Assembly (NCBI GenBank): GCA_964645485.1
Contig: CAZXZO010000002.1
Span: 62,478 to 126,477, forward strand
Origin: an uncultured Candidatus Poseidoniales archaeon
GTDB lineage: Archaea; Thermoplasmatota; Poseidoniia; Poseidoniales; Thalassarchaeaceae
Direction: 5' to 3'
Length of the DNA: 64,000 nt
The notes beneath the pieces were generated by a model, which searched no databases, was not told the origin of the DNA, and saw nothing but the letters and a program-made list of their open reading frames with translations. Shown piece after piece: positions 36,371 to 47,100 of this stretch (position 1 is the first letter of the stretch; each line of letters begins with the position of its first letter). The translations under genes were made by a program, and so were the position numbers.

Positions 36371-38581
36371 CTAAAATATTGTAATACCGAAGGAAACTGA
36401 CTCATATCCTAATGCGATAAATCCAGTGATTAAATATCCTAGAATACTACCTCCATTGAGTAAAGGTAACCCTGCTTGAGGGCGGCCCATCGCAACGTAC
36501 CCCATTAGAGCTAAGTAACCAAGAAGACCACCAATAAGCGAGCCTAATGCCACAAACATAGGATCACTCAATCCCATGATAGTTCCACCAGATGGCAGGA
36601 ATGTCAGGGCTGATATGACTAACATGCCAGGGAAAATGACATCACCTAATCCCATGAATAACGCATCACCGGTATTTTTCTTAGGGGCCGGGCGGGGCGG
36701 TTCTGGAGGAGGCGCTTTAGCACCACTCTTCGGTCCACTATCCTTCATTGGGGCAACGGGTGGCCCATCCATCTTACTGATTGTGTCTTCACCCTCGTCA
36801 AGGAAAGAGTATCCCTTATCTTGAGGGGCGACTAACAATATTGGGAGTTTGAGCCCTATCATCGTGTCCGCAAGGTCAAGCATGTGCTTCGATTTGTAAA
36901 CCGCATACCAATCATAAATTGCGGCTACAATCATGAAAATCAGAATTAATGTTGGAACAAAACTTACCCCAATAATGGTAATTACGCCAGCACCAGTTAA
37001 AATTCCGGTAGTGTTCACTATGTACCATTCGGGCCTGATTGTAAGAGCAATCATCAGTATAGTGGAAGCGACTAAAGCGACTATTTGTGACCAATAAATT
37101 GGTAACCAGTATCCAGCCGAATCTTGGAGAATTATTGCAGGGTCATTCACAGGCGTAGCAATTATTGCACTTTGAGTGGTGTTTACAGTATAGGTTGTAA
37201 GCACACCATCTTCGATATCGATTTTATCCCAAGCAGGAACATCGATAGTGTGGATTATCATGTCGATTGACCCGTCTGAAACAGGTCCATCAATGATTAG
37301 ACTCTCAACCATTACCCAACCTGAAAACATCCGAGTTTCTCCTCCGGATGCAATCCAAACATCAACTCTTCCATCATGTTGGTCGTCAGCAAGCATTATG
37401 CCTTGGATTTCAGAATTAAATGCATCACGTTCGTTGAATTTAATATGTTCTTCAACATTCATTTCCACACCATCCCAGACAAAGCCGTAGACTTTTCCTT
37501 TCTCAGTTCCTAACATCAACAAACTGTCAGTTGAGTTTTCACTCCACCATTTGTATCCACTCCATGGAGAGTGGCCAAAGGCCGAGGCAGTGAATGCGTC
37601 TCCTGAATTTGGGGTGACTTGCCAAAGAATTGACGCATTAAAATCTCCAAATTCACCGGTGTGTGGCTCATCTGGAATATCAACGATTCCAGCCCAACCA
37701 AATGAGACCAATAGTAGAGTGTTATCATTGAGCATACTGCCCTGCATAAATTCCCCTGAGGTGAATTGTTCGGGTAGGTTGTAGGCCCAACTATGGCTTG
37801 GAATATCAGGGTGGAAGGGGTCAACCTTATGGATCACATTGTTGTAGATAGCCCAGTCATTTTCTTGCGAAGAAAAACCAGCAACGCAGGTGACATCTGT
37901 ATGGTTTGTGAGTGGGGTGCCATCAGACTTGTCTAAAGATTGCCACCGATTTCCATCACACATTACATATGAGTCAAGATTGTCAACAATCGCGGTTCCT
38001 AAGGCTGAAAAACCACCATCCCGATAGAGAGAGAAATCCCACTCCACCTTTGCAGATTGCCCTCTTTCTAATCCACTTGGTTCACTCATTTTGATTAGAT
38101 GAGTTCCGTTGGAGACTATGAAAGAAGAAGGTTCGTAATCAACGAAGAGAAAATCAGCGTCAAGTTCCATTTCATCACGATATTCGACTATCGGTTGTGC
38201 TTCATCCATAGCAAAAGATGCTAGAGGAATCATCGCATAGGAAAGAGAAATCCAGAGAACAAACAGCACTCCCCATTTGATAATTGATTGGAGTCCTCTT
38301 TTGGCTAACCAGATGATAAAAGCAGTAAATACTAGAATCAGAATAAATTCCAAGCCGATTAAACCTACTTTAGTGGTTCCTGCCTCACCAAATGCTCTCG
38401 CTTCTGGCCTATCCCAGAACGGCTGAATGTAGATAGCAAGCAATATTGTGCCAACAAACATCGCGCCCATAGTAGTCATTGAGCGCCATTGGTCAGCCAT
38501 CAAAGAAAGGATGTTTGCAAAGCGACTCTCACCGGTCATGACTACGGCGAGAGTGAAAACCCATTTGAAAGCGAGGGTCAC
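36371..38581 (-). CDS. Presenilin/signal-peptide-peptidase family (A22) intramembrane aspartyl protease with a large inserted ectodomain
   Basis: AAIYDWYAVYKSKHM (YD), FMGLGDVIFPG (GxGD), and RPQAGLPLLNGG (PAL-like). About 370 non-hydrophobic residues sit between the third and fourth helices. Confidence 0.8.
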   Translation of the reverse strand: MTLAFKWVFTLAVVMTGESRFANILSLMADQWRSMTTMGAMFVGTILLAIYIQPFWDRPEARAFGEAGTTKVGLIGLEFILILVFTAFIIWLAKRGLQSIIKWGVLFVLWISLSYAMIPLASFAMDEAQPIVEYRDEMELDADFLFVDYEPSSFIVSNGTHLIKMSEPSGLERGQSAKVEWDFSLYRDGGFSALGTAIVDNLDSYVMCDGNRWQSLDKSDGTPLTNHTDVTCVAGFSSQENDWAIYNNVIHKVDPFHPDIPSHSWAYNLPEQFTSGEFMQGSMLNDNTLLLVSFGWAGIVDIPDEPHTGEFGDFNASILWQVTPNSGDAFTASAFGHSPWSGYKWWSENSTDSLLMLGTEKGKVYGFVWDGVEMNVEEHIKFNERDAFNSEIQGIMLADDQHDGRVDVWIASGGETRMFSGWVMVESLIIDGPVSDGSIDMIIHTIDVPAWDKIDIEDGVLTTYTVNTTQSAIIATPVNDPAIILQDSAGYWLPIYWSQIVALVASTILMIALTIRPEWYIVNTTGILTGAGVITIIGVSFVPTLILIFMIVAAIYDWYAVYKSKHMLDLADTMIGLKLPILLVAPQDKGYSFLDEGEDTISKMDGPPVAPMKDSGPKSGAKAPPPEPPRPAPKKNTGDALFMGLGDVIFPGMLVISALTFLPSGGTIMGLSDPMFVALGSLIGGLLGYLALMGYVAMGRPQAGLPLLNGGSILGYLITGFIALGYESVSFGITIF

Positions 38582-38605
38582 AAGAGAGAGCGTGGGCGGG
38601 TATCT

Positions 38606-39958
38606 GTGAGTGATGTACGAGAGTGGTTTACCGGGCTGAAAGTGCTTGGAATGCGGCAGAGTCTTGAAATAACTGCCGTTTTATTGTCCCGTCTTGGGAT
38701 GCCTCATCTCAAATTTCCATCAATCCATGTTGCAGGAAGTAATGGCAAAGGGACAGTTTGTTCAATTCTATCAAATTGTTTGTCACTAGCAGGTGTGAAC
38801 AGTGGATTGTTCACCTCCCCACATCTCTGTTTTGTAGAGGAGAGAGTTAGGATAGATGGGGTACCAATCTCACCCACAATTTTTGACCTATATCTTGAGA
38901 GAATTCGAGATGCATCTCAAGTTGAACCAGTTACAATGCCGACATATTATGAGGCCACTTTTCTAGTTGCGATGTTGGCATTTGAGGATGCGGGAATTGA
39001 CCGAGCCGTAATTGAGACTGGACTTGGTGGTAGACTTGATTCAACGAGATTAGTACATGCTGATTGTTGCGTACTTACTGAGTTGGCACTCGAACACACC
39101 GATGTCTTAGGCGAAACCCTTGCTGAAATTGCTGGAGAGAAAGCAGCAATTGCTCGACCAGGCGAAGTTTTTCTTGCCAAATGGACTTATGACGCTGGAG
39201 CAAGACAAGCGATTGAAGATGCAGTTGGTGACCACAAACTAGGCTATTGGTGGAGGCCAGATAGAGCCTTATTAGTTCGATTTGATGATACTGATAAGAG
39301 CCATCGCCCAATTTCGGAAATTGCCACACCGAGCGGTTGGTCACCATACCAAAAGGAAGCCTCAATTCTCGCCCATGCAACATTAACTCTTCTCGAATTG
39401 TACAAGCCTGCTAGGATGATGGCTAGTGCTCTCCTTCATACTGTCTGGCCAGGGCGTGTCCAATGGCTTGAACATGAAGAGGTTCCAATTCTCATAGACG
39501 CGGCCCACAACCCGAGTGGAATGCAAAAAATCTGCACACAGTTACGTGTTCAAATGGAGAGCGATGAAGCTCCAACCCCAGGGGTTGTGCTGTTAGGCTG
39601 CACATCCCAAACAGATTTAGTTGGATTTCTCAATCCTTTAGTGGAACTACTAGTCGAAGGAGAGGTAGGTCATGTTGTGGTCACTGAGCCACAGAAAGGA
39701 AGGCGACCGGCTATATCAACAAAGGAATTGGCTGCTGAATTAGAAGCACAAGGAGTGCCAGCGGTAATTGAGGAGGTCAAACATCCTGCAGAAGCACTGC
39801 AAAGAGCACTGGAATTGTCAAAGCAAGATGCCAACCAACCAGTTCTAGGAATTGGCTCAATTTACCTGGTGGGGAATTTACTTTCTGCACTTGGTCTTGA
39901 TACAATAGAAGCAATGACAACACTCCGTCCCTCCGAGGAAGGAGTCCATTGGACTTGA
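38606..39958 (+). CDS. folC: Folylpolyglutamate synthase/dihydrofolate synthase (Mur ligase family)
   Basis: IHVAGSNGKGTVCS P-loop. I chose the GTG at 38606 because the longer ORF-track start (38489) overlaps the divergent gene. Confidence 0.85.
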   Translation: MSDVREWFTGLKVLGMRQSLEITAVLLSRLGMPHLKFPSIHVAGSNGKGTVCSILSNCLSLAGVNSGLFTSPHLCFVEERVRIDGVPISPTIFDLYLERIRDASQVEPVTMPTYYEATFLVAMLAFEDAGIDRAVIETGLGGRLDSTRLVHADCCVLTELALEHTDVLGETLAEIAGEKAAIARPGEVFLAKWTYDAGARQAIEDAVGDHKLGYWWRPDRALLVRFDDTDKSHRPISEIATPSGWSPYQKEASILAHATLTLLELYKPARMMASALLHTVWPGRVQWLEHEEVPILIDAAHNPSGMQKICTQLRVQMESDEAPTPGVVLLGCTSQTDLVGFLNPLVELLVEGEVGHVVVTEPQKGRRPAISTKELAAELEAQGVPAVIEEVKHPAEALQRALELSKQDANQPVLGIGSIYLVGNLLSALGLDTIEAMTTLRPSEEGVHWT

Positions 39959-39994
39959 CGGTATCATCATTAGGCTGGCACGTCACGACAAGGT

Positions 39995-40489
39995 TTGTCG
40001 GTGGTTAATGTGAAGGAGAAGCATCTGAAAATTCGTATCGAGCAGTGTTTGGCCTTGGCAAAAGCCAGTAATTGCCCAAGGGCAAAATTTGGTTCACTAC
40101 TAGTTGACCCGGACCGCAATGTCATTTTGATGGATGGCTACAATGGCGGTCCTAGAGGTGGAGGAGATTTGTGTGGAGGAGATGTTTGTTTACGGGATAC
40201 TGAAAAAGTAGTTTCAGGAACTAGAGTAGAAGTCGGATGTCATCATGCAGAAATGAACGTAATTTGTAATGCTGCAGCAAATGGAGTACCAACAAAGAAT
40301 GCGTGGCTAATTGTTACCGGTGAACCTTGTATGATGTGTGCAAAGTTGATTCACCATTCAGGGGTATCAAGAGTAATCGTTGTAGACGGTGGTTTTGGCG
40401 GAGCAAATGGCATAGACTATCTTGATAATCACGGGGTTATAGTTCAGCGAACCGATGGACCCAAAGACCCTCGTGGTGATTTAAAGTAA
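39995..40489 (+). CDS. dCMP/CMP deaminase (zinc-dependent)
   Basis: HAEMNVI and PCMMCAKLI zinc motifs. Confidence 0.9.
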   Translation: MSVVNVKEKHLKIRIEQCLALAKASNCPRAKFGSLLVDPDRNVILMDGYNGGPRGGGDLCGGDVCLRDTEKVVSGTRVEVGCHHAEMNVICNAAANGVPTKNAWLIVTGEPCMMCAKLIHHSGVSRVIVVDGGFGGANGIDYLDNHGVIVQRTDGPKDPRGDLK

Positions 40490-40495
40490 GATTAT

Positions 40496-41065
40496 TTATT
40501 CTTCAAACGAATCAATCAACTCTTGCAATTGACGGTGTAACTCATCAACATCTCCATCATTTTGAATTACAACATCGGCCATTGCAGCCGTAGCGATTAA
40601 TGCTTGGCCACTTTCATCATGAGCCACCAATTCAGATTCTTCTTGGCCAACAAATTGTTCAAAATTTTCAGCATCACCAGTTCGTCCACGTGAAACTAAA
40701 CGCTCCCATCGCACTTCTAAGGAGGTTCGAACTTCGATCATGATGAAATCCTTACGCTTTCTGAGGGCTTCAACCTCAGCGGGTGTCCTGATGCTGTCAA
40801 TAGCATGATTACCACCTTCGCCAATTCGGTCAAGCAACATTTCTGCTAAAATTCCAGGGCCACCCATAGCACGGAGTTTTCTTCCCCCATCAATTAGATT
40901 GTCACGATTTATTTCACGGCCATTAGAGCGTAGCCAATGGCGAATAGAGTCAGAACAAGAATTTACGCCGAACCCTCGTTGTTTGAACCATTCAATCACA
41001 GTTGTTTTTCCAGACGCATTACGTCCAGTTAACCCTACCAACATTGAAGCCACCGAGTATGTCAC
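40496..41065 (-). CDS. P-loop nucleotide kinase (CoaE/adenylate-kinase-like)
   Basis: VGLTGRNASGKTT Walker A. 189 aa. Substrate not determinable. Confidence 0.65.
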   Translation of the reverse strand: MTYSVASMLVGLTGRNASGKTTVIEWFKQRGFGVNSCSDSIRHWLRSNGREINRDNLIDGGRKLRAMGGPGILAEMLLDRIGEGGNHAIDSIRTPAEVEALRKRKDFIMIEVRTSLEVRWERLVSRGRTGDAENFEQFVGQEESELVAHDESGQALIATAAMADVVIQNDGDVDELHRQLQELIDSFEE

Positions 41066-41101
41066 CGTTCAAAGCAATAACGGCAATAACCAAGAATTGA
41101 A

Positions 41102-44100
41102 TCATGCCCAAAATCTTCTTGTTCTAGCATAATTGAGTTCAGCTTCGTGAATAATCTTCAGCATTAATTCTCGTTCTCCTTTTGGAACTCTGTTGAGAAT
41201 ACGGGACGCGGTTTCTTCTCCAACTCCTCGAGCCATCAAGCAAATGAGTGCTTCAATGCCCCTTTGCCGGACAATGTGAGCATTTTTCTCCATTCTTGCC
41301 TGTACTGTCTGGTCTTCTGAAGCAACCCAACCTGCCAACATTTCTTCTAATCCTTCGCGGCTTGCAGCAAGCATGGTTCCCCCACAATCACAATGGGTAT
41401 GCTTGGCTCCATACATGGCTACGCGAGTCCGCATGCGCGAGGCACAAGCCAAACAGATTAGCACAGCTCTTTCGTTCACTAAGCGCTCTTCTAGACGAAC
41501 CCTGACTTCAGCATCTGACCAATTTGGTAATAGCAGGTCTTTTTCACTTCGTGGAGAAATCCCTAGAGGACCAGAAGCGGTTTGTTCTATTCGGACTGCA
41601 CCTGCTTGAATAGCCTCTAGCAGCGCTACTGTGCCATCAATATCCATTTGGTCATGGAATAATTTATCCAAAGCCTCGTCAAGAACAACTGTGCCTCGAT
41701 AGCGATTAATGATTCCTTGAAGGTTTACACGTCGCGGGTCGACACCTCGTTGTAGTATTCCAAAAATTTTGCACACTTGCACTAACCTTGCGCGAAGTTT
41801 CCTTCCATTAGGAATCGTCATTCGCATAATGTCTCGTAAGGCCTCGGGTGGAGTTTCAGTCAGCCAAGTAACCATTGAATCTGCAGTTAATGCTGGAACT
41901 TGCAGTGAAATTCGGTAAGGGTCGATGATGGCTCGCCCACTTTTTCCGTCAATTGTAGACGCCATCGCTTGCAAAAAATGTGCCAGTGCTGCATTCACTT
42001 TATTGCCATGGCAACAGTTGAGCACTAGAGCATCTCGACGGGCCTCAACAGTGAGAAGTCTAGCATTAGGTATGCATCCAGTAGCATCCAAATGTTCTCC
42101 AATACTTGTTGTGAGAATACCAAGTGAATGGTCAGATACAGGATACTTTGAGAGTTTGTGTTTGTCAGGTAACTCTTCGAGCCAAGCGTTAACCTTTGGC
42201 CCAAAATTCTCATCCTTAGGATATTCCACATCCCATCTATGGTCATCTGCAATTACCATTCTAAGATTGCCCACTTCACGAGCGATGTCTGCTGGGACTG
42301 CTGGCAATTCTCCAGCCCAGACTGGGGCTGTACTGATATCAGAAATTGGAGCGACCAACAACTCGCTTTTCTCTGGGTCAGCATCAATGATTTGCCAAGT
42401 CCTTCCCGCCATCACAAATCGGCGAGGTGAACCATCTTCTTCCCCACCCGATGAATCTAATGACAACACAAAGGTTTCATCCACATTTCCTAAAGGTCTA
42501 CGCGAAACCGAATCGCGAACAGAGTAACGTGTTTCGTCAGCGATCATGGAGAGGTGGTTTAGCATGTAATGGCGACTTCGCGAGCCTGGTGAGAACCATC
42601 CGTTCTTGAGGTTCTTTGGAAGAGTAGAGCGCAAGGCCTTCGACCAAGTCTCTCGCTGTTCGTCGGAAACCCCCTCAAGTTCTTCTCGCTTAGGTCTTTT
42701 TTCGGGCAAATCTTTGTTTTTCTCTGCTGCATTTTGCCAGATAATCGGTGGCCAATCAATTGGGTCAGAGTTGACTGGTTTTTCAACTAATTTTAGCAAC
42801 CTCCTATCGTCAAGGATTGTGATGATTTCGTGAATTTCGCTATCGGTAATATCAGAGAATATAGGAGCCCTACGAAGTAAGGTTGCTGCTGATGAGAGCG
42901 GGATTACTTTTTCAGCAATCGCAGTCAAAATTAGTTGGTTTGCAACTACCGAGAGTGGTTTTCTACGCCATTCGACTCCTTCTAGTTGGCTAGACATAGC
43001 CCGCCTGGTGATTACAGCAGATTCAGCGATGTCATCATTTTCCCAACACAGTAGCATCCCTCTTGATGTGCCTCCCAAAACGTGCTCAGCCCTGCCAACT
43101 CTTTGCAGCAACCTGTCTACAGCGCGTGGCGACTGAACTTGATGCACTTGTTTGATTGAGCCTACATCAATTCCTAATTCAAGACTTGAAGTGCAGACAA
43201 GTCCATGCAGATTTCCTTTCTGCAATTCAGATTCCATTTCTTGCCGAGTTTCGGCTGCCAAGGAACCGTGATGAACCCCTATATTCAACCCTTCATCGAG
43301 TTTACTTATTCTTTGAGCAACTGTTTCAGCGGCGTTTCTAGAGTTTACAAATATCAAGCAAGGAGCGCTTTCCTTTACTTTTGATGCTAAGCGGCGAAGA
43401 GCCGCGAGACCTCTTGGCGAAACATGGAGTTCTAGTGAAAGTGCACGGTCTTCTGCAGTAGTTGGTTCGGTCACAACTTGCAGTTCAGCAGGTCGTGGTG
43501 CAGGCGCATTGATTGGGGTGGCAGTTGGTGAAAGCCAACCAGCCATTTCATCAGGATTCCCCACAGTTGCAGACAACCCAATTCGTTGAACACGTCGGCC
43601 ACATAATTCATCTATCCTCTCTAGAGCAACAGTCAATTGTGCACCTCTTTCAGAAGCCGCTAAATCGTGCACCTCATCAATCACAACTGCTCGGAGATTG
43701 CTCATGCCTTCTCTTAGTCGACTACCAAACAACAGTAATTGGCAAGTTTCTGGGGTGGTGACAAGAAGGTGAGGAGGGTTACGAGATTGTTTTGTTCTCT
43801 GTGATTGGGTTGTGTCTCCATGACGAACATCAGAACGTAAGCCACACGCCTGAGATAATGACTCAATTCTCCGGTCAATATCTCGGTTCAAGGCCCGTAG
43901 TGGGGTGATGTAGAGAATACACATTGGTTGCCATTTTTGTGTGATGGCGCGAGATAATAATGGCATCACTGCCGCTTCGGTTTTACCGCTTCCTGTGGGT
44001 GCTATTAGCAAGTGGTCTGAGCCATCAAGAATCTGTTTTTGCGACGCCGCTTGGATTGGCGTCGGGCTCCAACCTCTATCCTCAGCGAGTTGAGAGAGGG

Positions 44101-44131
44101 AATCTGCGAGCGCACTGAAATCAGACAGCAA
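41102..44131 (-). CDS. lhr: Lhr-like large DEAD/DEAH-box helicase
   Basis: LIAPTGSGKTEAA, VIDEVHD, SAT, and HHGSL...QRVGRAEH. C-terminal Cys cluster CLACASRM...HCDCGG. Confidence 0.9.
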   Translation of the reverse strand: MLSDFSALADSLSQLAEDRGWSPTPIQAASQKQILDGSDHLLIAPTGSGKTEAAVMPLLSRAITQKWQPMCILYITPLRALNRDIDRRIESLSQACGLRSDVRHGDTTQSQRTKQSRNPPHLLVTTPETCQLLLFGSRLREGMSNLRAVVIDEVHDLAASERGAQLTVALERIDELCGRRVQRIGLSATVGNPDEMAGWLSPTATPINAPAPRPAELQVVTEPTTAEDRALSLELHVSPRGLAALRRLASKVKESAPCLIFVNSRNAAETVAQRISKLDEGLNIGVHHGSLAAETRQEMESELQKGNLHGLVCTSSLELGIDVGSIKQVHQVQSPRAVDRLLQRVGRAEHVLGGTSRGMLLCWENDDIAESAVITRRAMSSQLEGVEWRRKPLSVVANQLILTAIAEKVIPLSSAATLLRRAPIFSDITDSEIHEIITILDDRRLLKLVEKPVNSDPIDWPPIIWQNAAEKNKDLPEKRPKREELEGVSDEQRETWSKALRSTLPKNLKNGWFSPGSRSRHYMLNHLSMIADETRYSVRDSVSRRPLGNVDETFVLSLDSSGGEEDGSPRRFVMAGRTWQIIDADPEKSELLVAPISDISTAPVWAGELPAVPADIAREVGNLRMVIADDHRWDVEYPKDENFGPKVNAWLEELPDKHKLSKYPVSDHSLGILTTSIGEHLDATGCIPNARLLTVEARRDALVLNCCHGNKVNAALAHFLQAMASTIDGKSGRAIIDPYRISLQVPALTADSMVTWLTETPPEALRDIMRMTIPNGRKLRARLVQVCKIFGILQRGVDPRRVNLQGIINRYRGTVVLDEALDKLFHDQMDIDGTVALLEAIQAGAVRIEQTASGPLGISPRSEKDLLLPNWSDAEVRVRLEERLVNERAVLICLACASRMRTRVAMYGAKHTHCDCGGTMLAASREGLEEMLAGWVASEDQTVQARMEKNAHIVRQRGIEALICLMARGVGEETASRILNRVPKGERELMLKIIHEAELNYARTRRFWA

Positions 44132-44137
44132 GTAACT

Positions 44138-44155
44138 CCCCTCTCAAAAGAGGGG
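44138..44155. terminator. 7-bp stem hairpin between the giant surface-protein gene and lhr
   Basis: CCCCTCT-CAAA-AGAGGGG perfect inverted repeat. It has no long T-tract, so its role is uncertain. Confidence 0.3.
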
Positions 44156-44187
44156 GGAAAGCCTGAGTGTGAAAAGGACGCCGGCTA

Positions 44188-47100
44188 TCAATCGTCATCT
44201 TCTTCATCATATTCGTCATCAAATTCATCATCATCGTCAAACATTAGGTCGTCATCAAACAATTCAGAACGATTCGTGAGAGCTCCCTGCATGCTAACAT
44301 ATGCAACAATAGGTAGAACAATCATAGCGATAATAATTCCAATTACAGCGAGTAAGTTTTGGCGAGCGCCTTCAACCCACCCCATTCCAAATGCGTAGTC
44401 AACAGACACTCCTACACTAGCACTATTATCGGATTCGTCAACTTCCGAAATTTCGTTTTCTGTGTCAACGATTACGATTACTCTGTCAACCCCTTTCTCA
44501 GCAACCCATGTCGCAGAAATAGGAATTGCTTCATCAGCGATACCGTTCAGTTTCTGTGTGGCGAATGGTTTTTCTGAATCACCAGAATAGAATCCAACTA
44601 CAAACCCGGAATTAGTTGAACCACCGAGATTAGAAATCCATGCTGTAACCTCCACTTTGTCACCATTAGCAACAATTTCTTTATCTGCCGAAATTCGTTC
44701 TACAGTCAATTGTGCTCCTAGTGCTCCAAACCGAATCCATTGTAGTTCGTGGTCACCATTTAGGTCAACAGGTTCTCTCACTGGGTCACTCTTCGAGTTT
44801 CCTTCAGTGGCAAGTGGGTTGCCAGCACTGTCCCAACCTTCAATCCAGAATCCGACTTCATAATCCTGAAGTGGTGGATTCATTCCGTCTCCAATCAAGT
44901 CCACAGTACCTGTCCAAGTGATTGCTTGTCCTTCTTGAAGCATCCCCAAAAGGGAGGACCCTGAGGAAATTTGGCGCTGATTCTCATCTCGCATTAACCA
45001 GTGTACCCACTGCGGGCTTCCTGAAAGGTCTGCATCTTCCCAGCCAATGAATTCTACTGGTACTTCAGTTAGAGCAGTCTTGTTAGAAATGTCAATGACA
45101 TCAATCGGTGTTAGCCTTTCAAGAACTCTAGGTGGAGCGTGATCGACCTTAACTTGCAAAGTTGTTGAAACGGTGTCGCGAGTCATATCCTCACCTCTGC
45201 CAGGAATATTTCTCACTCCTGCAAGGAAGGTTCTAGTTTCACTAGAAGCAAGTGTGGTGGCGGCCCCAAGAGGGACTTCTAAACTAAATCCACCATCGTC
45301 AGTTAGGCTTCCATCGGACCAGTATTGTACTCCATCGAAGACTTCAACTGTAATTCCCAAATTTTTCGGTGCGGGTACATCGCTACCTTCGTAAACCACT
45401 CTACCAGACCAGCGCAAACGGTCGTTAGGCACAACCCGGCTTCCATCAAACACGGGGCCAACTCTTGGCTCTTGTACATCTTCTACGGTGTAAGTTTGAG
45501 CGTCTAGTACCAAGTCATTCTCAATTCTGAAAGTGTGCTCTGTGAAGATTTCCCTACGTGGTTCAGTACTGCCTAATTGAGTGAATTCTAAGGCGATATC
45601 TGACAGATCAGCATCAGGCCAGTCCCATGAAAATGCGAAAGCAAATGTGACCTTCACCCAAGGTAAACCTGTTTCGTTAGTAGTAACAATTCCTCCGCAT
45701 GATTCATCCAGTATATTATTACAAGCTGGTGAAATTTCAAGGTAATCATCGTCAGTCCAAAATGTAGCATTATTTCCACTGAAAGATAATCTCTGTTGGT
45801 CTCTCTCTGGATCAGGTCCTTCAAAGTCAAAAATTAAAGAAATATCAGTGAAGTCAATCAAGCCGTTGGCATCAACAAGGCCGAGTGTGATATATTGAGT
45901 GGTTCCCGCAAATGCTCTTTCACCATCTTCGTGACCTGCCCAATGTAATCCGGTGAATACCGAATCCATGTCTTTTCTTGTTCTGTAGGTTACCAAGTCA
46001 TAATCAAAACCGGGGCCATCTGAACGGAGTAGCGCATTGCCTGCAACATCAGTTCCGGTGACGTAATAAGAGACTCTTGCCATGTTTGGATTATTTGAAT
46101 CATCAATATATGCGAAGAACAATTTGTCAATGTCATCAGTCATATTTGTCATGGTTTGATTGACGTATTCGCCTGCATCAGCATTGCCATTACGGTTAGA
46201 GTCATGTTCTGCTTCTATCCAGTAGTGAAGAGTCAATTCTTCAGGTGCGCCAATTTCATCCTGAATTCTTATGCGCACCGCTTGGTCTTCTTGCCCTGCC
46301 TCGTAGGCATTGTCAAGAGGAGTTGCTTCTATCAGAGTTGGACTTGTGGCATCAACTCGGATGGTTCGTTGCCATGATTGGTTGGTTGAGAGGACTTTGA
46401 GAGGGTCTCTTGGGTTGTCAATCACGACCTCGTAGAATACACCGTCTGGGCGGTCAATTGTATCTACAGGAACTGGAATAAAGAACTCTCCATATTGGTT
46501 TGACCGGTCTTTGGCTTGTACGAAATCACCTTCTGTAGTTCGCTTGACGACGGCTACATCGAAGGTAGAGTCTAGCGGTGCATCTTGAGTTCCGTCATAC
46601 CAAATTGCTCCTTGGAAGTACAGCGTTTCACCCGCTTTAATCCACTCATAATTTGGGACATCATCATGGTGCACAGCACCGTCATTGTCTCTGACTGCCA
46701 ACCATCCAAGTCCATAGGATTGGTTCACTCGGATTCCTGGAGCGTTACTTGCCCGTGATGATAGAGACATTGGTGAGAGGCCTTGGTCATCAGTGCAACT
46801 GACTCTGAATCCAACATTGTCCTGTTCAATGAAATTAGAGGTGACGCGGAAAGCCCAATGAATTTCTAAAATACCATTACTGTTATTGGTCCACGTTGCA
46901 GAAGCATCTGGAATTATCCAATCTTCGGGGTCGTCATCAATAAGGGTTCCATCACTGTTCCAAGTTAAGGAAGGAGTTTCACTTGCAGGGTATGCTAAGA
47001 AATCAAGAGTTGCAGTAGATATGCCTCCGGCATCTTCACCAATTACGTGTCTAGTTACAACTTCATAGGTGTCAATTGTTTCATGCAACACCATAGTTTC

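Noticed and set aside
38489-38605. Long N-terminal extension of the folC ORF
   Set aside because: It overlaps the start of the divergent presenilin-like gene. FolC-like sequence begins only around VREWFTGL, so a later GTG or ATG start is preferred.
41925-42527. 200 aa plus-strand ORF inside lhr
   Set aside because: It lies entirely within a well-supported helicase gene on the opposite strand and has no recognisable motifs.
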